From NCBI RefSeq assembly GCF_022045235.1, contig NW_027266266.1:25606001-25670000 (forward strand): a stretch of DNA of 64,000 bases. The letters are read 5' to 3'. Of this stretch, positions 51,701-62,900 are shown one piece after another (the first letter of the stretch is position 1; each line of letters begins with the position of its first letter). The position numbers and the translations under genes were made by a program. Source of the DNA: Haliotis cracherodii. Lineage: Eukaryota. The notes under the pieces are model-generated. The model saw nothing but the letters and a program-made list of their open reading frames with translations. It had not been told where the DNA came from and did not search any database.

Positions 51701-52999
51701 TCGAGGAATGGCACTAGTTTTACCTTTGCTGATCTTTTCGACCTTGACCTCCTTGTTACCCTGCTCCTTGTATACATTGTATGTATAGATCGAGTGATTT
51801 GTCTTGGCATCAAAGTTAAAGTTGATGGACTCGTCGCCATCGGTGGCATGGAAGTTGATTTTGTCCAAAACGTTAGAGAGAAGATTGGACACGAATCTTT
51901 TCTGACGATGACCATGTTTATTGGTTAAGTGGGGATATTTGAGAAACACCTGTGCTTCCTGAAGTAGATCTATGGCGCTGAAAATAGATAAACGGAAACA
52001 ATAAATGACAATCGACAGAAATCGCAACAATTACATACACTATATGACATTTGTGCAAGGTGTTGGTTACCTGACGTCGATGCCTTCAACCTTGACCTTT
52101 GTATGACTGACGATATTTACGCGTTTTATTTTCCTCACAATGGCGACGCGTTTGAACTCTAATCCATGCCTTTGTCGGACATTGGTGCTCATCAAATACC
52201 ATCCTGTTTGCCACCCGGAAGCAACCGAAGTGTCCCGAAGATTCACGATTATCTGCCCTTTGCTGTTTTCGGCAACCTAAAATGAACAGTAAGAAAATAA
52301 GGATCAGTGTTATAAGGCTCATTTAATGTTGCCCGCAGTCATTGAACAATGGGTATACTATCTTATGGCTTCACGACTGGGAAACAACTATTATTACACG
52401 CATTGATTTACGCAAAAATGAATGCATGAACATATAACCCTTGAAGATACGGGTTAGAATTAATCGTCAGCAACACATGCTTCTCAGGAGATGCGACTAA
52501 CGGGATGGGGTGGTTAATCTCGCTGAAGTGGTTCATGCATGCCATCGTATCCAATTTACATAGATCTGTGCTCATGATATCAATCACTGGATTGTCTGAT
52601 CAAACTCGAGTGTTTACACACCGCTGTCATAGAGCTGGAATATTGCTGAGCGAGGCGTTAAACAGCAAACACACAAAGAAATCATCAGCATATAAACAGT
52701 TAATATTTATGTTACGACGTTGAACAATGTGAAACATAAGAAGGTTTCAGGAGCAAAAAAATCATTAATGTGTTCATTATTTTTTGTACGCAATTTATAT
52801 TCACTGAGACTGTACATACACTGACGTCAGGCAGGACATCGAGATTGACAATGTGTGACAAGAGACCTCTGGAGTTCAGTTCCCATTCAGCATCGTCATC
52901 AACGTCTTTACCTCGACTTTGGTGTTTAAATCGACGCCAGCCATTGATAGTGCGAATACAAAATACGCAGAAAACAGCCCATAACACAACAATCTTCAT
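41541..52999 (-). CDS. Gene C: about 1420-aa secreted multidomain protein with two Hedgehog N-terminal-like (Hedge) domains and a degenerate peptidase M15A-like domain; no Hint domain (not a hedgehog ortholog)
   Basis: Exons (minus): 52999-52820, 52276-52071, 51977-51639, 51436-51379, 51258-50952, 50703-50576, 49801-49593, 49375-49199, 48839-48625, 47722-47372, 46590-46482, 46395-46187, 45351-45270, 44902-44480, 44206-43878, 43650-43551, 43284-43103, 42892-42695, 42366-42176, 41813-41541; sum 4266 nt, in frame. Signal peptide MKIVVLWAVFCVFCIRTING. Motifs FILFRSEE..ADRLMT..EWPNRKLVVLEAWDE..SLHYSGRA..LAELGACAGF..HVEFCV match Hedgehog-N. The acceptor at 51258 is weak and uncertain. Confidence 0.82.
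43978..44620 (-). other. Peptidase M15A-like (LAS/DD-peptidase fold) domain of gene C, catalytically degenerate
   Basis: LSQHFKISDF..RLDTSLVDCLE..LGKEIRV..SAYRSHSIN..FRFETGQAMYV..GLGIGC..LYLDIRP parallels bacterial M15A LSxHFxxxEF..IDxxLVxxLExLR..GxPIxIxSGYR..N..SxHxxGxAxD..GxGxY..FVHxDxR. Confidence 0.75.
44776..46570 (-). other. Hedge domain 2 of gene C (more degenerate)
   Basis: YPYEDVIFKPE..QTRVMTPRMAIRLRRMA..KLSV..MNGRKLKIST..ELRSMANCAGFDFVD..IDVYVK; same motif order as Hedge domain 1. Confidence 0.75.
45450..45826 (+). mobile_element. SINE family 4 with expanded (CA)n(CG)n microsatellite
   Basis: Homology to 34028-34362; (CA)n then (CG)n at about 45693-45760. Confidence 0.8.
46772..47063 (-). 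mobile_element. SINE-like repeat, family 2, with internal 22-bp triplication
   Basis: Homology to 613-853; AGTCGCCT(C/T)TTACGGCAAGCAT repeated three times at about 46957-47022. Confidence 0.85.
47475..49260 (-). other. Hedge domain 1 of gene C (Hedgehog N-terminal signalling-domain fold), split over 3 exons
   Basis: ENICGAAGHAIVRGDSNFKKL / DFILFRSEE / ADRLMT / QEWPNRKLVVLEAWDE / SLHYSGRALQV / LKRLAELGACAGF / HVEFCV align by eye with Hh EKTLGASG..RFKEL / DIIFKDEE / ADRLMT / QWPGVKLRVTEGWDE / SLHYEGRAVDI / LARLAVEAGF / HIHCSV. Confidence 0.9.
49880..50460 (-). mobile_element. Two adjacent SINE family 4 copies in gene C intron
   Basis: Copies at about 49880-50175 (with B box GGGATCGAACCC) and about 50250-50460 (5'-truncated). 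Confidence 0.75.
52437..52672 (+). mobile_element. SINE-like repeat, family 2 (diverged)
   Basis: Homology to 613-853. Confidence 0.75.
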
Positions 53000-54120
53000 C
53001 TTGATCCTTGCTGTGTGAGTAGCCGTTATGGTTTTCAGAAGAAATCAAACCGGTTCTATTTACCGGTTAAGGGTTGTACAGTCCAACCATACTGAGCTGG
53101 ACACGTTCCTTTCAAATGATAAGCTACCCAAGGGAGACCTTGCAGGCGGCCAAGGGGAGGACAGGTCTTAAACAGAAACGAACTGGAAATGGAAATTATA
53201 TGACATTCTCTATAAATTGGTACCAAACCTCCATACATAATTATTTCCTCCTTTAGTTACCACACCCGAAAGCAAAACGCATGTGGAAACGAAAACTGTC
53301 TGGTAAATGTACTTCAAGAGCATTGCATTGTAATTCGGTGGTAGTCAGAGGACTTACAGCCATGTTTCAGGCCATATTAGGGTCTGCACGTGTTATCAAG
53401 GTGACTTTGTTTCGTGAGGAGATAAGAAAACAGGTCAATCACTTTTAAGTCTTTAGGTCTCAAACTGGCTCTCAAATCAAACGTCCTTGACTCATTGGGT
53501 TCTAATCCTTTCAGTCAACACAACAACCGGGTTAGGTCGGTAGGGTTTCGGTGACATTTCACTTCGCAATCAATGTTAGTAAAACATTGGGTGAGCCATT
53601 CATATACTTTGCACCACAGTGGTATCTGTTTCGGCACATAATCGAGACGATTTATATATACTTCAACTGGGTCGATGTTCCTAATGGTGTACTGAAGTCC
53701 CCGAGTTTCCCAGAGATTAGTAGCATTTATCAATTGGACAAAGGAAATGTTTGGCCGAGACATTAGAACCCTCCCCACTGTGTTGCAAAAAGGATAACAT
53801 TCTTAAACGTTACTCTTTAGTATAAGCTGCAGACGTTATTCAAATTAACATGTCCATGTTCAACAAAACCAGTGTCACTGGAATGCCTGGTCCATCACTC
53901 GACCGTCTGGTGTAAACTCGATTGTTTCTGGTCGTCGCCGTATGACGGGAATAGTGCTGTGAGGCGAAAGGCAACAAACAAACACTTTTTTATGCACGTG
54001 GGTGCTGCCGGTAGGGTCCATGCTTCCCTTTTTGCGAACACCTGATGACATCACTCATCATCAGTGACCCATTCCGGTAATGTTCCGCTGTTTTGCTTTT
54101 TACGAGCAGTGGAATATGTT

Positions 54121-55030
54121 TCAATCAATCAATCTTTATTCATGGTACTGATGAGGCCAAAGGCCTGTAGTACATTGTCTGGGGCGTGTTACAAATTCAT
54201 ACATTTTCTTAGTTTTATAGCATGAAAAAAAACATTGATAAATTTTTCATAGTTTCTGTACAATTACAAGTAATTGATTTACAAAAATTGTTACCGTTTG
54301 GGTTGTGGTAGAAATAAGTATTTAGATATTTTGCTCTTAAATCATTATACACTAGACATACACATAAACAGTGATATTCATCTTCAATACAATCAGTTTT
54401 AAAAACCGTACGATGTCTATGTTCTCTTTCAAAACCTTCATATCCGCCTTTTTCAATGAATAGATCATGTGAGCCACAACTAAATCGAGAAAGAGCTGTT
54501 CTAAACTTATGTAAATTGACACTTAATAGATAAGCACCTTGTATAATAGTAGTCTGAAATGTAGTAATTTGCTTTTCTAGAACTGGATAAAGAACCATGC
54601 CATTTGTGAATGTACATTTCTTTTAAGGTCTGTGCCAAACGGGTGAAGAAATGATGTAGCACATTTACATGTTGCTGTAACCAAATATATCCACATTCGT
54701 ATAACATGTTTTTAACTTTTGATGCCCAATTTTGTTTCCCATGACTGTCCCAGAGAAGCATCATGTTATAACATTTTCTCGGGTATCTTCAAGATGGCAT
54801 ATTTAATAGCTTGACCCAGTATTTAATAACCCTTAAATAACTATTGATATACATGGGAAACCTTCCGCATTCACCATATACCCTTGCGTTTTCTGTACAA
54901 GATTGTACGCCCAAGAGCTTTTTAGATGCATATGGATATGTTTCAAGAGATAGTCGAGACTAATTATCCCCTGATGTTTGTAAACCATTGCTTTTATGAT
55001 TATGCATATGGAAACAATGAAGCGAAACAA
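54121..55030 (-). mobile_element. 3' fragment of a non-LTR retrotransposon (CR1/L2-group-like ORF2 C-terminus)
   Basis: NWASKVKNMLY..GYIWLQQ; RTALSRF..HDLFIEKG..CIEDEYH..VCLVYNDLR. Ends in AATAAAG followed by an (ATTG)n tail at 54121-54140. Confidence 0.8.
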
Positions 55031-55086
55031 TCAAGGAAGCTTTGGGACATTGAAAGACAGAGATAATTTCTTTCTTCCTTAAGTGA

Positions 55087-55355
55087 GGGGACACGGGTGG
55101 CCCAGTCGTCTAAGGCGCCGCAATTCGCTGTGCAGATTTGCGTCCCTTGGGCACGCCAGAAAATGATTGTGGGTTCGAATCCCGGATCGCCCCGATTATG
55201 TTTCTAGGTTCGTCAGTACTTTACCCGTGCGCGTGGGTTTCACGGTTGTAAACATATCAGACCTGCATCATTTTGGGCTTTCCTCCCACTATGTGCTGAC
55301 ACGCCGTCATATAACTGGAATACTGTTAAAAGCGGCGTTAAACCCAACTCACTCA
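55087..55355 (+). mobile_element. tRNA-derived SINE, family 3
   Basis: Full copy with 15-bp TSD TTCTTCCTTAAGTGA (55072 and 55356). Confidence 0.88.
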
Positions 55356-56344
55356 TTCTTCCTTAAGTGATCGTTCTGTTTACCTACATTCAATATCAAA
55401 ATTCTTGCATACATTAATCGACGCCCATAATCTGCTGGGTGGTGGTTTTAGAAGGACGTTGTGATAAAATTGTAATTATATAGCCGACAAACGGAGAAAA
55501 CCCAATATTACCTGGTTTATGCCGAGACCAGCAATATTCCAGCTGAATCACGACGGCCTGTCAATAATCGAATCTGAACTGGGGCTTTCAGTGATTGAAA
55601 CCATTAATCCATACGGGGTATAACCTTATCAGTTGATACACTATTTATCAAACAGCCGTTCAATGTGACAATAGCTGGGTGATACAATGTCGAAATGTAA
55701 ACTTGTTTCATGGTGGAAAAGCTATGAGGGCACCAATGTGGGAGGTGCTGTAGACAGAAACGAATGAGTGAAGGGCATTTGCACTGTGATAATAAAGAGC
55801 AAGAAAGACGAATGTATTTGTTCGATAATCTATACAAAGACATATATTGAGATCAACCTATCAGTTAAGATTACAATGTTGCGAGGGTCACTTTGCAGAC
55901 CGTGTCATTCGAAATGATTTTGTAAGCAAAGATTAAAGTTAAACAAACTCTTGAAGTCATAGATATTATCGGGGACATCTAGTGTAGTGTAAATGTAAAC
56001 AGTAACGCCCTGGTGTTACAAAAGTTGACAGCATCAAGGTTGTTTGGCAGGAACATTACGCTGATTGTGGCTCCCAAGGCACCCAACAGTGCACGCCGAA
56101 CAACCTTTCTTCAACCTTCACCGACAAATGTTAATTAAAATGTCTTTAATGTCTTTTAGAAATACTAGTACGCTGATTGACCTCTTCTAACCCCTCGTTC
56201 ACTTCCATGGTTCAACAAATGGTTTTATCAGCAGGGGTATGAAATACATTTTTAGCCATGTAATATTTCTTGTATAGAAGAAATTAAGTTTTTATTGTAA
56301 CTATATATAACCATGACCGCAAATACAACTGGCAAACAAAACCC

Positions 56345-56912
56345 TGGCACCGGTGGTCAAGACGTTTAAGGTTCAGCGATTAGCTCATACGAGATGTATC
56401 CTTCAGTTTTGCAGGATCCGCTGGAGATAAGGTTCGACCCTAATATAATGCTGTGTTTGTCAGCACCATATCCATCACTGATGTTGCCAAAGTGGTCATC
56501 GGGGTACGCGTGGTGCAGTCGGGTGCAGAGTTTCGTCCCACTGGCTCGCCAGATACCAGTGATAATGGGTTCGAATCCCTGTTCGCCAGGATTATGTTCC
56601 TATTATTGTCAGCACCATACATACAACATTCATTGGTTCACAATAGCCTACATTGATTTTGCCAAAGTGATCAAGGGCACACTAGTCGTTTGCAGAATTC
56701 CGTCTCTTGGTGTGAAGACACTTGGGTTCGAATCACTGTTCGCTCTGATTATGTTCCTATTTTTGTCAATGTCATACCCGTGCTCATTGGCTCATAAAGT
56801 GGTCCGAATCTATGACCTGCATCCCTGTGGGCTTTCCTTCCACCTCAAGCTGGCACGCTGTGATGTAACTGAAATACTGTTCAAAGCGGAGTTTAACCCA
56901 ACTCACTCACTC
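56345..56912 (+). mobile_element. Family-3 SINE with three tandem head units and a single tail
   Basis: GGTTCGA..ATT/AATATG..TTGTCAGCACCATAC..CCAAAGTG unit recurs at about 56431, 56567 and 56724, then one tail ending ACTCACTCACTC. Confidence 0.7.
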
Positions 56913-59154
56913 AAAGTGGTAAACGTCTTCAGCGAGTTATTCTGGACATTCCTTCTGCGTTACGCTGATACGCAGTGGTATACTAATAAAAATCGGTGCG
57001 GTGTTATATCGTACTTATTCACTGATTACATCACCTGAGTTCAAAGTTTATGCTGAGTTAACGTCATTCTGATATTTTCAGATGTGTATGGACAATCAGG
57101 CAGTGTATGTTGACAAAGATATCGTAACCCTTAAACACTGCGTGCTCCAATAGTTGTACACTTGCAATGATGATTTGTATGATATCAAATCCAAGGGTAC
57201 GCTCGGATAAGTGCAACACATTAAAGGAGCCACTTTTATTTTCCGTGGAGGATAATGTGCATTTATAATGCGCCAGATTCCACTCACCAAGTGGATACTC
57301 ATTGCGATACACTATTATAAACCCGGGCAATAGATCAGTGAGCACTCGAGTTTCATTCTCAGCTCCCTGGAATCATACAACCCAAGCCGCTAGTGGGTTA
57401 ACAGTCATATTACCACATTATCCTTCCGGGTACCCATTTACTACTTGGTGAACAGTTTGCCCTTTTTACAACGTATCACGTCTTCGATCAAATGATGGCG
57501 TGTGTTGATTTGACCAATTCACTGGAACGGAGCAATGCACGTGCTAAACAATACGAGTCACGGAAAGTAAATCACGCTGCCGTTAGACGGAGACACGGTG
57601 TCGGAATGTGGTGATGAATTGCTTGTGTCTCAGAACGCATTTTGCAATGAGTCTAATTTCGTTGTTAACTCAGATTTTAAAACTATGAAGACGAAATTGT
57701 CAGAAATTTTAATTTGGCAGGTAATTTTCTGATGAGAACACTGACACTAAACTTTCAAGTGTAAGGGGGTATTTCACGATAATTCCAACACCGACGTATG
57801 CTTGACAGGTCAGGTGAGAGAAAAACCAGGAAATATTATCACACGTGCATCAGAGAAACTATTGGAAATAGTAGATTCATTTAAAGAAAACAAAGTTATG
57901 AGAAAGCTGTACAGGTAACGAAGTTAGAAACCAATCTAGACAATGATCTATCATGAAATAATCCACATAATCTGTGAACACCGACAAAATAAGTTGAATA
58001 GTTTCAAGAATCGGGTTGTTATAAGACAAAAACGCCGTAATAATGAAATTTCAATAGCATTTCAAAAGATAGTGTCGATTTCAACAGAATATTTATATAT
58101 TTCTGACGGAGGTTCGAAACCAAGGTGTGGTGCGTACCTCGGTAATACACGTTGTGCACGTGAAAAACTTTTTCAGGCCTTCATTTATAATATTATCACA
58201 ACCAGTTTAATTGGTTAATAAATAAATACACAAAACAGAATAAGAATACAGGACGTTCTTAGGACGTTATCTGAATGAACTGATGACAATGAACTTTGTT
58301 TTGAGACCAATACATGGAAAGTGTGACGCCTTCTGTTTGCGCCCGTTACGATACACTGCAGTCAAAGTTTGGTATGCTGCCGTTGGGAACAGATTATTGC
58401 TAAGGGGATGACTCAGGTATCGTCGCAATTCGAATGACAAGGCATAAACATTAATTATTCCTCTGTGTATTTCCCGTAATGTGTTCATCTGACATCTGAT
58501 AATCTGCTTGTACTTGCAGGGTAATTGGGTTCGAATCCCAAGTGTGAAATATCGGAATAGTGTTGTGCAAGCAAACGAACGTATACAACGTTGTTCTATT
58601 TTATTTACTGCAATTTTTTGTAATAGATCAGAAGACGTCCAAGGAAATGGTGGCTACGATATCAGAATTATGTTCTATTAAAAAGTGTTCAGCACAAATA
58701 TTTGTGACATCGGTTGCTTTTTATTGATTTAGAGCGTCAGTGTTTTCTGCCCCAAACAGAACATAAAACAAAGTTACTCGAGTAATATGAGGTAGGTGCT
58801 TTCACATAATACTGTTCAGAACACTGTATTTACATCCGTTTATTGAAAACACGTGACATGTGGTTTCTATCTGGACAAATGTTTTGCAAATGGTCTTAAT
58901 TAGAAGTCTTAGATGTCATGTTAACTGATACTACCACTCGCAGAGCTTGTGTGTTTTTTTATGTACTGCAAATTATTCAATTATTGTTTATGATATGTAA
59001 GTGGTTTTCGCCCAAAGTGGTTAACCTCAAAACTTGCATCAATTCGGACTCTCCTCCAACATCCAGCTGACCCGCCATAATCGAACTGACATCGGTTCAA
59101 AGCGGCGTTAACACAAACTCACTACAATAAACATTAACGTTTTCTTCCCGCCCG

Positions 59155-59385
59155 TTGGGATTCAAGGTAAAATACAAGTACCCATCAGCCTTTGCTTGTC
59201 GTAAGGGGTGACCAAATGAATCGCGTGGTCTCAATCATCAACGTGGTGTTGTTTGCGTGTCATCGTGTCCCGATGATATGGATCTGTGTTCACAATATCA
59301 ATCATTGAATTGCATGGTCAAGACTCATGTAGTTAGAGTCCACCGCTATATAAATGGAAGACCGAGTGTGGCGTTAAACAACAAT
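59155..59385 (+). mobile_element. SINE-like repeat, family 2 (diverged)
   Basis: CCCGT..CTTGTCGTAAGGGGTGAC..GGCGTTAAACAACAA landmarks. Confidence 0.6.
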
Positions 59386-59929
59386 ATAACATGTTCACAT
59401 CTTCAGATGTAGATCTAGTAGTATACATGTGTCATCCGAGGAACACAAAGTTCTCTTGGTCATTGCGAAAGATTGCATAAATTGCCTGCAAAACATTCAA
59501 ACCAAAAATTGGGGTATAACAACTGTAAAAACTGTTATACCCATGAAATCTATAAATACAAGCACAAACTAAAAAAAACCCTTTTAGAAGCAGACAAAGC
59601 TTTATTCGCATTATTGATTTACCTCCAGTCTGTATACTAATTGACATTTACTTCTGTTCATTCATCATCTTCCTTGCAAAATAGTTGTACTTCGATAATT
59701 GAATACATATCACTCTTCATAAAAAAGCGCATACAAAATGTAACATGTTAACACATGCACGAATTCCGTAACGCTCTAAGCCTTGGAGTGATCAGTATCA
59801 CAAAATACATCTTGTACATTGAAATCATTTCAGTATTACAAATATCACCACATAAAGTTCCGCGTTAAGTGTACACAAATTCTTACAATTAACGTTTACA
59901 TGGACATTGTAGCCATAAGCATATGTACT

Positions 59930-62900
59930 CTAAGCATGGCGTTCTTTGTCCAAGGCAGGCAGTTTCTTGGCGCTGACATGATCAACGCAAACAGTTTCAG
60001 GCTGACAGAATTTGTAAGAAACCCTGGTATTCAGAACCACTTGAACAACTCCTGCAGTCTTGTCCTTGACCTTGACCTTGTACATCAGGGTACCTTTGAA
60101 CTCTGACAGGAAGTGCATGGTGATTTTGGAGACCTTCTTCTGTGGAATTTCTCTGATTTCAGCGAATTTGGTGCTCCAAGTCGAATCTGGTAACGCCGCT
60201 GGTTTAGCATCAAAGAAATGAAGTGATGTATTTAGGGGCATCAGCTCGAATACTATGTCGTCCGCCGCATTCCAGGAAGCTGCGACAACGTGGCCAAGAT
60301 CAACAACTGCTGTCTGGTACGGCATTGGTCTTGTAATGTCGAGTTCCACATGGTCATTATTCTCTACACGGAACATATCACTGTCTGGGGGAAGGTAGTA
60401 GAGGATAGGCGGGTCGTTCACTGATGTCACAATGATGGTGAGTATATATTTCTGCGAATTTGGCGTGAACCCTTTCACACCAACTTCCACAAGCTCAACC
60501 TCAATATGATCAACTCCACTAAAGTGGGGCCCTGGTGTATATTGCAGGGCGCCTGTAGCAACTAGGTGAGCAGTGCCATGTGTAAGTTTGGTATCACCCA
60601 GATGGAATGTAAATTTATCGCCTTCAGCATCTTTTGCCTTGATCTGGTGGTTAAGCGTTTGACCCTCCTGGGTGTAAATGACCTCATCCTCTAAAAAGGG
60701 TGGGGTGTTCACTGGATTATTTTTCATTGCGACCATAACCAATTTTGGCGACAGGTCACCGCGGTTGCTTTGGGTAAGAGTCATTTTCCTTAAAAGATCT
60801 GGACATATCTGAAATAGAACAATACACCATTGTATAAATACGTATAAATGATAAGAAAACATAACTGGAGTTAAATCGTGTTAACTTTGGCCATATAACC
60901 CTAATAAACTGACCGGCAAATATAAACCAATCATTAATGGTGGCTAAGATGGAAACGAACAAGAAATAATTGTTCGGTGGTTGATGTTTTTCATATGGGT
61001 ATCACAGGTAATAGTACATGCATCATGTCAATGAGTACCTCACAACAGAACATGGAACATGGGGGTGGCAGTTTAACAGCACACAGTAATAAACAGAATG
61101 AAGCAGATATTGTCTTGATCGGGTTAAGTTGTGTCACAGATACCAGACATTCTCAGTGGCGAATATGACCACCAGGAGCGCAAAGTACGCTCAACTACAC
61201 CCCCTCATCGATGGCGTCAGGCGCCCGATGACGTCATTGGGAGCCCCTTGCCATTTGTTCCTCAGTACGATCTCCAGCTGTTCTGTGCTGGGAGAGGACG
61301 CCTCCTGATCGGACGTTCCAGATAATCCCACTAGAGTTCAAAGGGGTTAAAGTCTGGTGATCGAGCTGGCCATGTAGGAAGGACGACGTTGTTCGCCGCC
61401 AAGAGATTCTGGACGACCCTTGCTGTGAGCGGCGTAACGCTGTCGTGCTATAAGAATGTTCCCTGTTATATGAAATGTTAAAAACAAAGGGTTGTCTGGT
61501 CTTGCCACAAAATCCTCCTCAAACCATCATCCTATCGTCACCATGGATGCTTACGCTCTACGACAATAAACCCATGCATAACTATCATTATGTATTAATA
61601 TAAGCAGAATCTGCTTTCATCAGTATAAAGCACCTTCTTTAAGCGTTGTACGACTTTGACAGTCTTTCACGTTGATGTCAAGCTCGTTCAATGGAAGGGG
61701 TGGTATATTTAAACGCAGAAGCGTCGAACCACAGACCGTCGACTGATGCGGCGTCCAATCGCTGTTGTTGCCGTTTCAGTTGCTTTGACGAACCTATTAC
61801 GCAAATGCAAAGTGCGCAAGTACCGGTAATCCCGTGGCTTTGTCATGCGTGGTCTTCATGATCTTGCCCTGTTCTGTGTTCTGCCAGTCTGTCATTAACG
61901 TTCTAACAGTCTGACGATGGTTGTACATGTACAGTTCATGTTTCTGGCAATATACATGGGGTTTGTTGGCCTCTCCTTTCTTTTGCCCGGCAGTTTAATC
62001 CGTAAATTACGTATAATGTTAATATGACATAGCTTCATAGGTGTCTGAAACAGGGAAGGCCGCTGAAACCCTGATGTTACAGATGGCAACATACCAGGGT
62101 TGCAATGACTTTATCAGAGCTTGTGCATAATACCACTTTATGAAATCAAAGCTTAAATTTGCGAAATATTTCTTAATGGTCAAACTTCACATAGTGTCAC
62201 CTTCGTTCAACTTGTTAACACTCGGACATAATGTCAGTTATCAAAATCGGACAGCCCTCTTCTAACGCTTCATATACACATAAGGTAGGTATCAATATCA
62301 ATGTTGATGCACAACCTGTCACATGTACTTCGGTTTCTATAGAAAGTCGCCAACAACGGGAAAGGATATATACTTACAGGTACGATGTGCTGGTCATCAC
62401 TCGTTACAAGTGTCTCAGTTTTGTTACAAATATCCGGCAAATCGTGCCATGCCCCATCTGTGGAACAGGCAAAAAGCAGGATGTAGAGGAACTGAATAAA
62501 TCAACAGTTTTTAGGATATTTCCAAGACTCTGTAGCCAAATTGATGAAGTACTTCCAAGACGGACATTCCTTATTTTCGATGCTATACGTCACTCCCCAA
62601 CAACAGGTGCTGGGACCAGGTTACTTGTGTCAAGAACATACATTGTCATGGTTGTTATATTATGTTCTCAAAATGTGTGATTGAGTTGAGTGGCCGAAGT
62701 AAGAACGTTTCACGTTATAAGAAATGGACTTACGGCTGTCATTATAAAACAGTTTGATGCTTGTATTGTTGTCGTGAACTGATTTCACTTTAATGTCAAC
62801 ATGCATTCCTTTGAGGTCTTGAGGTTTAACACTGATAGATATAGGTTGGCCGAGTTTTTCCACCAACCTGTAACACAATGAATGAATAATGAACACCTTA

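Noticed and set aside
56394-57038. 214-aa ORF with internal repeats
   Set aside because: Chance open frame across the trimeric SINE.
43978-60808. Bacterial contamination explaining the M15A-like and Big-like domains
   Set aside because: Both lie in genes with spliceosomal introns, among the same SINE families as the rest of the window.
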